64,000 nt of DNA from Lama glama (lineage: Eukaryota): contig CM052817.1 of the NCBI GenBank assembly GCA_028534125.1, forward strand, positions 38,318,001-38,382,000, in the 5' to 3' direction. The translations under genes were made by a program, and so were the position numbers. The notes beneath the pieces were generated by a model. That model searched no databases. It was given only the letters and a program-made list of their open reading frames with translations, and was not told the origin of the DNA. Shown piece after piece: positions 62,648-64,000 of this stretch (position 1 is the first letter of the stretch; each line of letters opens with the position of its first letter).

Positions 62648-64000
62648 TGAAGGGATATTTTATTAAAAGTAGACCAAGGAAACAAAAGTCCTATTTTAGA
62701 AACATGCATCAAGGAGAATGTCAGCAATGCAGACGGTGAGAGAGAGAATGGAGCTGTAGCCTGAAGGAGACAGACCCGGGCTGGTACTAGTGATAACCAA
62801 GCTGGGTGAAGGACTCACATCCAACTGCAGCAGTCAGTAACCCAGCACAGGAGATCTCATTTGTGACCAAAAGACTCACCTCAAGCGTGAAGAGATCCAG
62901 TTTAAAATGCAGGGAACCTCAGTGTAGGCACAGGCACAATCATGGGACGATGGGAAGAGTCAGGTGGGTGGAATCCTACTTATGACCTAGATGTACAGAG
63001 TGGTCTATATCTATCTGTAGGTATGGAGAAGGGTCCAGATCCCTGACAGACAAGAATTTGACAAGTTAGGGAGGATAACAGAGTTCCAATCAAGCTGACC
63101 AGTGTTACAGGAGGTAGTCAAACTCCATACGAAAACCAGAAGGCTCATCTACACAAATAGCTTGATCACTGGGCCAAAAGAGGTAAGCCAGCTGAACAGT
63201 CATGGGAAGACAGTCATTTGGTAGCAAATGCGGGCTGATTGACCTTGCCGGGACATGACTAACTCTATAGCCCCACCTGCTGGTAGAAGCAGGATGGTGG
63301 TTAACGTACCACCTACGTTCGCCAGGGGCTGCATTAAGTCAAGCTGGCCAGTGGCAGGAAGTGTCAATGCCTTTGGCTAAACAGACTGTAACAATGTCTG
63401 CTGGAAGGATACAGACATGGCATACAAGCAGTAAGGTATTCTAAAATGAGAAATTGCATTAGACTGTTCAAATTGGCCTTTTTATACATCTTGAAAAGAA
63501 TTAAAAACGTTACTTCACATTTCTGCATTCTTGGTGCTCAGGTGTCTAAAGTAACAGAACATAGACTGTATTTTCAAATCAGTAGGCCAGGCACTACTTT
63601 CGGATGGAAAATACCACTAAAAAAAAAATGTTGTATGTGTGAGGACAAAGAATCACTCAAATAAGCTTTCTTGCTTTTTCTCTAAATCTCATGTCAATGT
63701 AGGGACACTTCCAAAAGAAACAAACTGTACCTCCAAAATCCTTTATTGAGATCTTGCAGAGGTTACCTTACCACATCTCTTTAGATGTGTCCATTATTAT
63801 TTATAAACCTCATAGAAAAAATGAGTTCAAATAGCAAAATAAAATTCTAGATATATTAGCCAGAGTTCTGCTATGAAAATGCTATCTAATACACAACCCC
63901 CCAAAATCTCACTGAATAACAAGCTTCAAGCTGCAGGGCAAGTTCAGTTTTAGGTCTGCTCCACATGCTTCTCTTCCTGGGACCAGTGGCTTCCCAGAGC

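Noticed and set aside
1..64000. Novel multi-gene system, CRISPR array, or prokaryote-style operon
   Set aside because: The window is mammalian intronic/intergenic DNA dominated by decayed repeats; there are no intact genes or repeat-spacer arrays to support such a claim.

Overview
This is mammalian (eutherian) non-coding genomic DNA, not microbial. The young L1 3' ends are of the Cetartiodactyla type, and I recognised no Bov-tA/BovB, CHR, PRE-1, Alu, B1 or SINEC elements, which tentatively points to a camelid. A 500-N scaffold gap sits at 48806-49305. I find no credible protein-coding gene body: the ORF track is chance ORFs, one L1 ORF2 remnant and N-gap artefacts. The main landmark is a CpG island at about 21985-22890. 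It carries a probable non-coding first exon on the minus strand (donor GAA|GTAAGG at 22288/22287). Bases 1-22287 are therefore probably intron of a leftward-transcribed gene I cannot name. That intron holds a second CpG-enriched candidate promoter/exon with a strong donor at 9014 and a candidate 40-nt cassette exon at 16044-16083. Bases ~23000-64000 look like upstream/intergenic DNA rich in old repeats (MIR, L2, L1M, MLT1, LTR16, hAT MITEs, MamSINE1). The most notable observations are: a 342-bp apparently non-TE sequence retroposed into a 5'-inverted L1 with a perfect 16-bp TSD; a decayed RTE-like reverse transcriptase fossil at ~1750-2480; a triple-nested MIR>MER5>L1 structure; and Z-DNA and G4 motifs in intron 1. 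I see no evidence of a new biological system. Repeat family names come from recalled consensus sequences, and boundaries are approximate unless a TSD is given.
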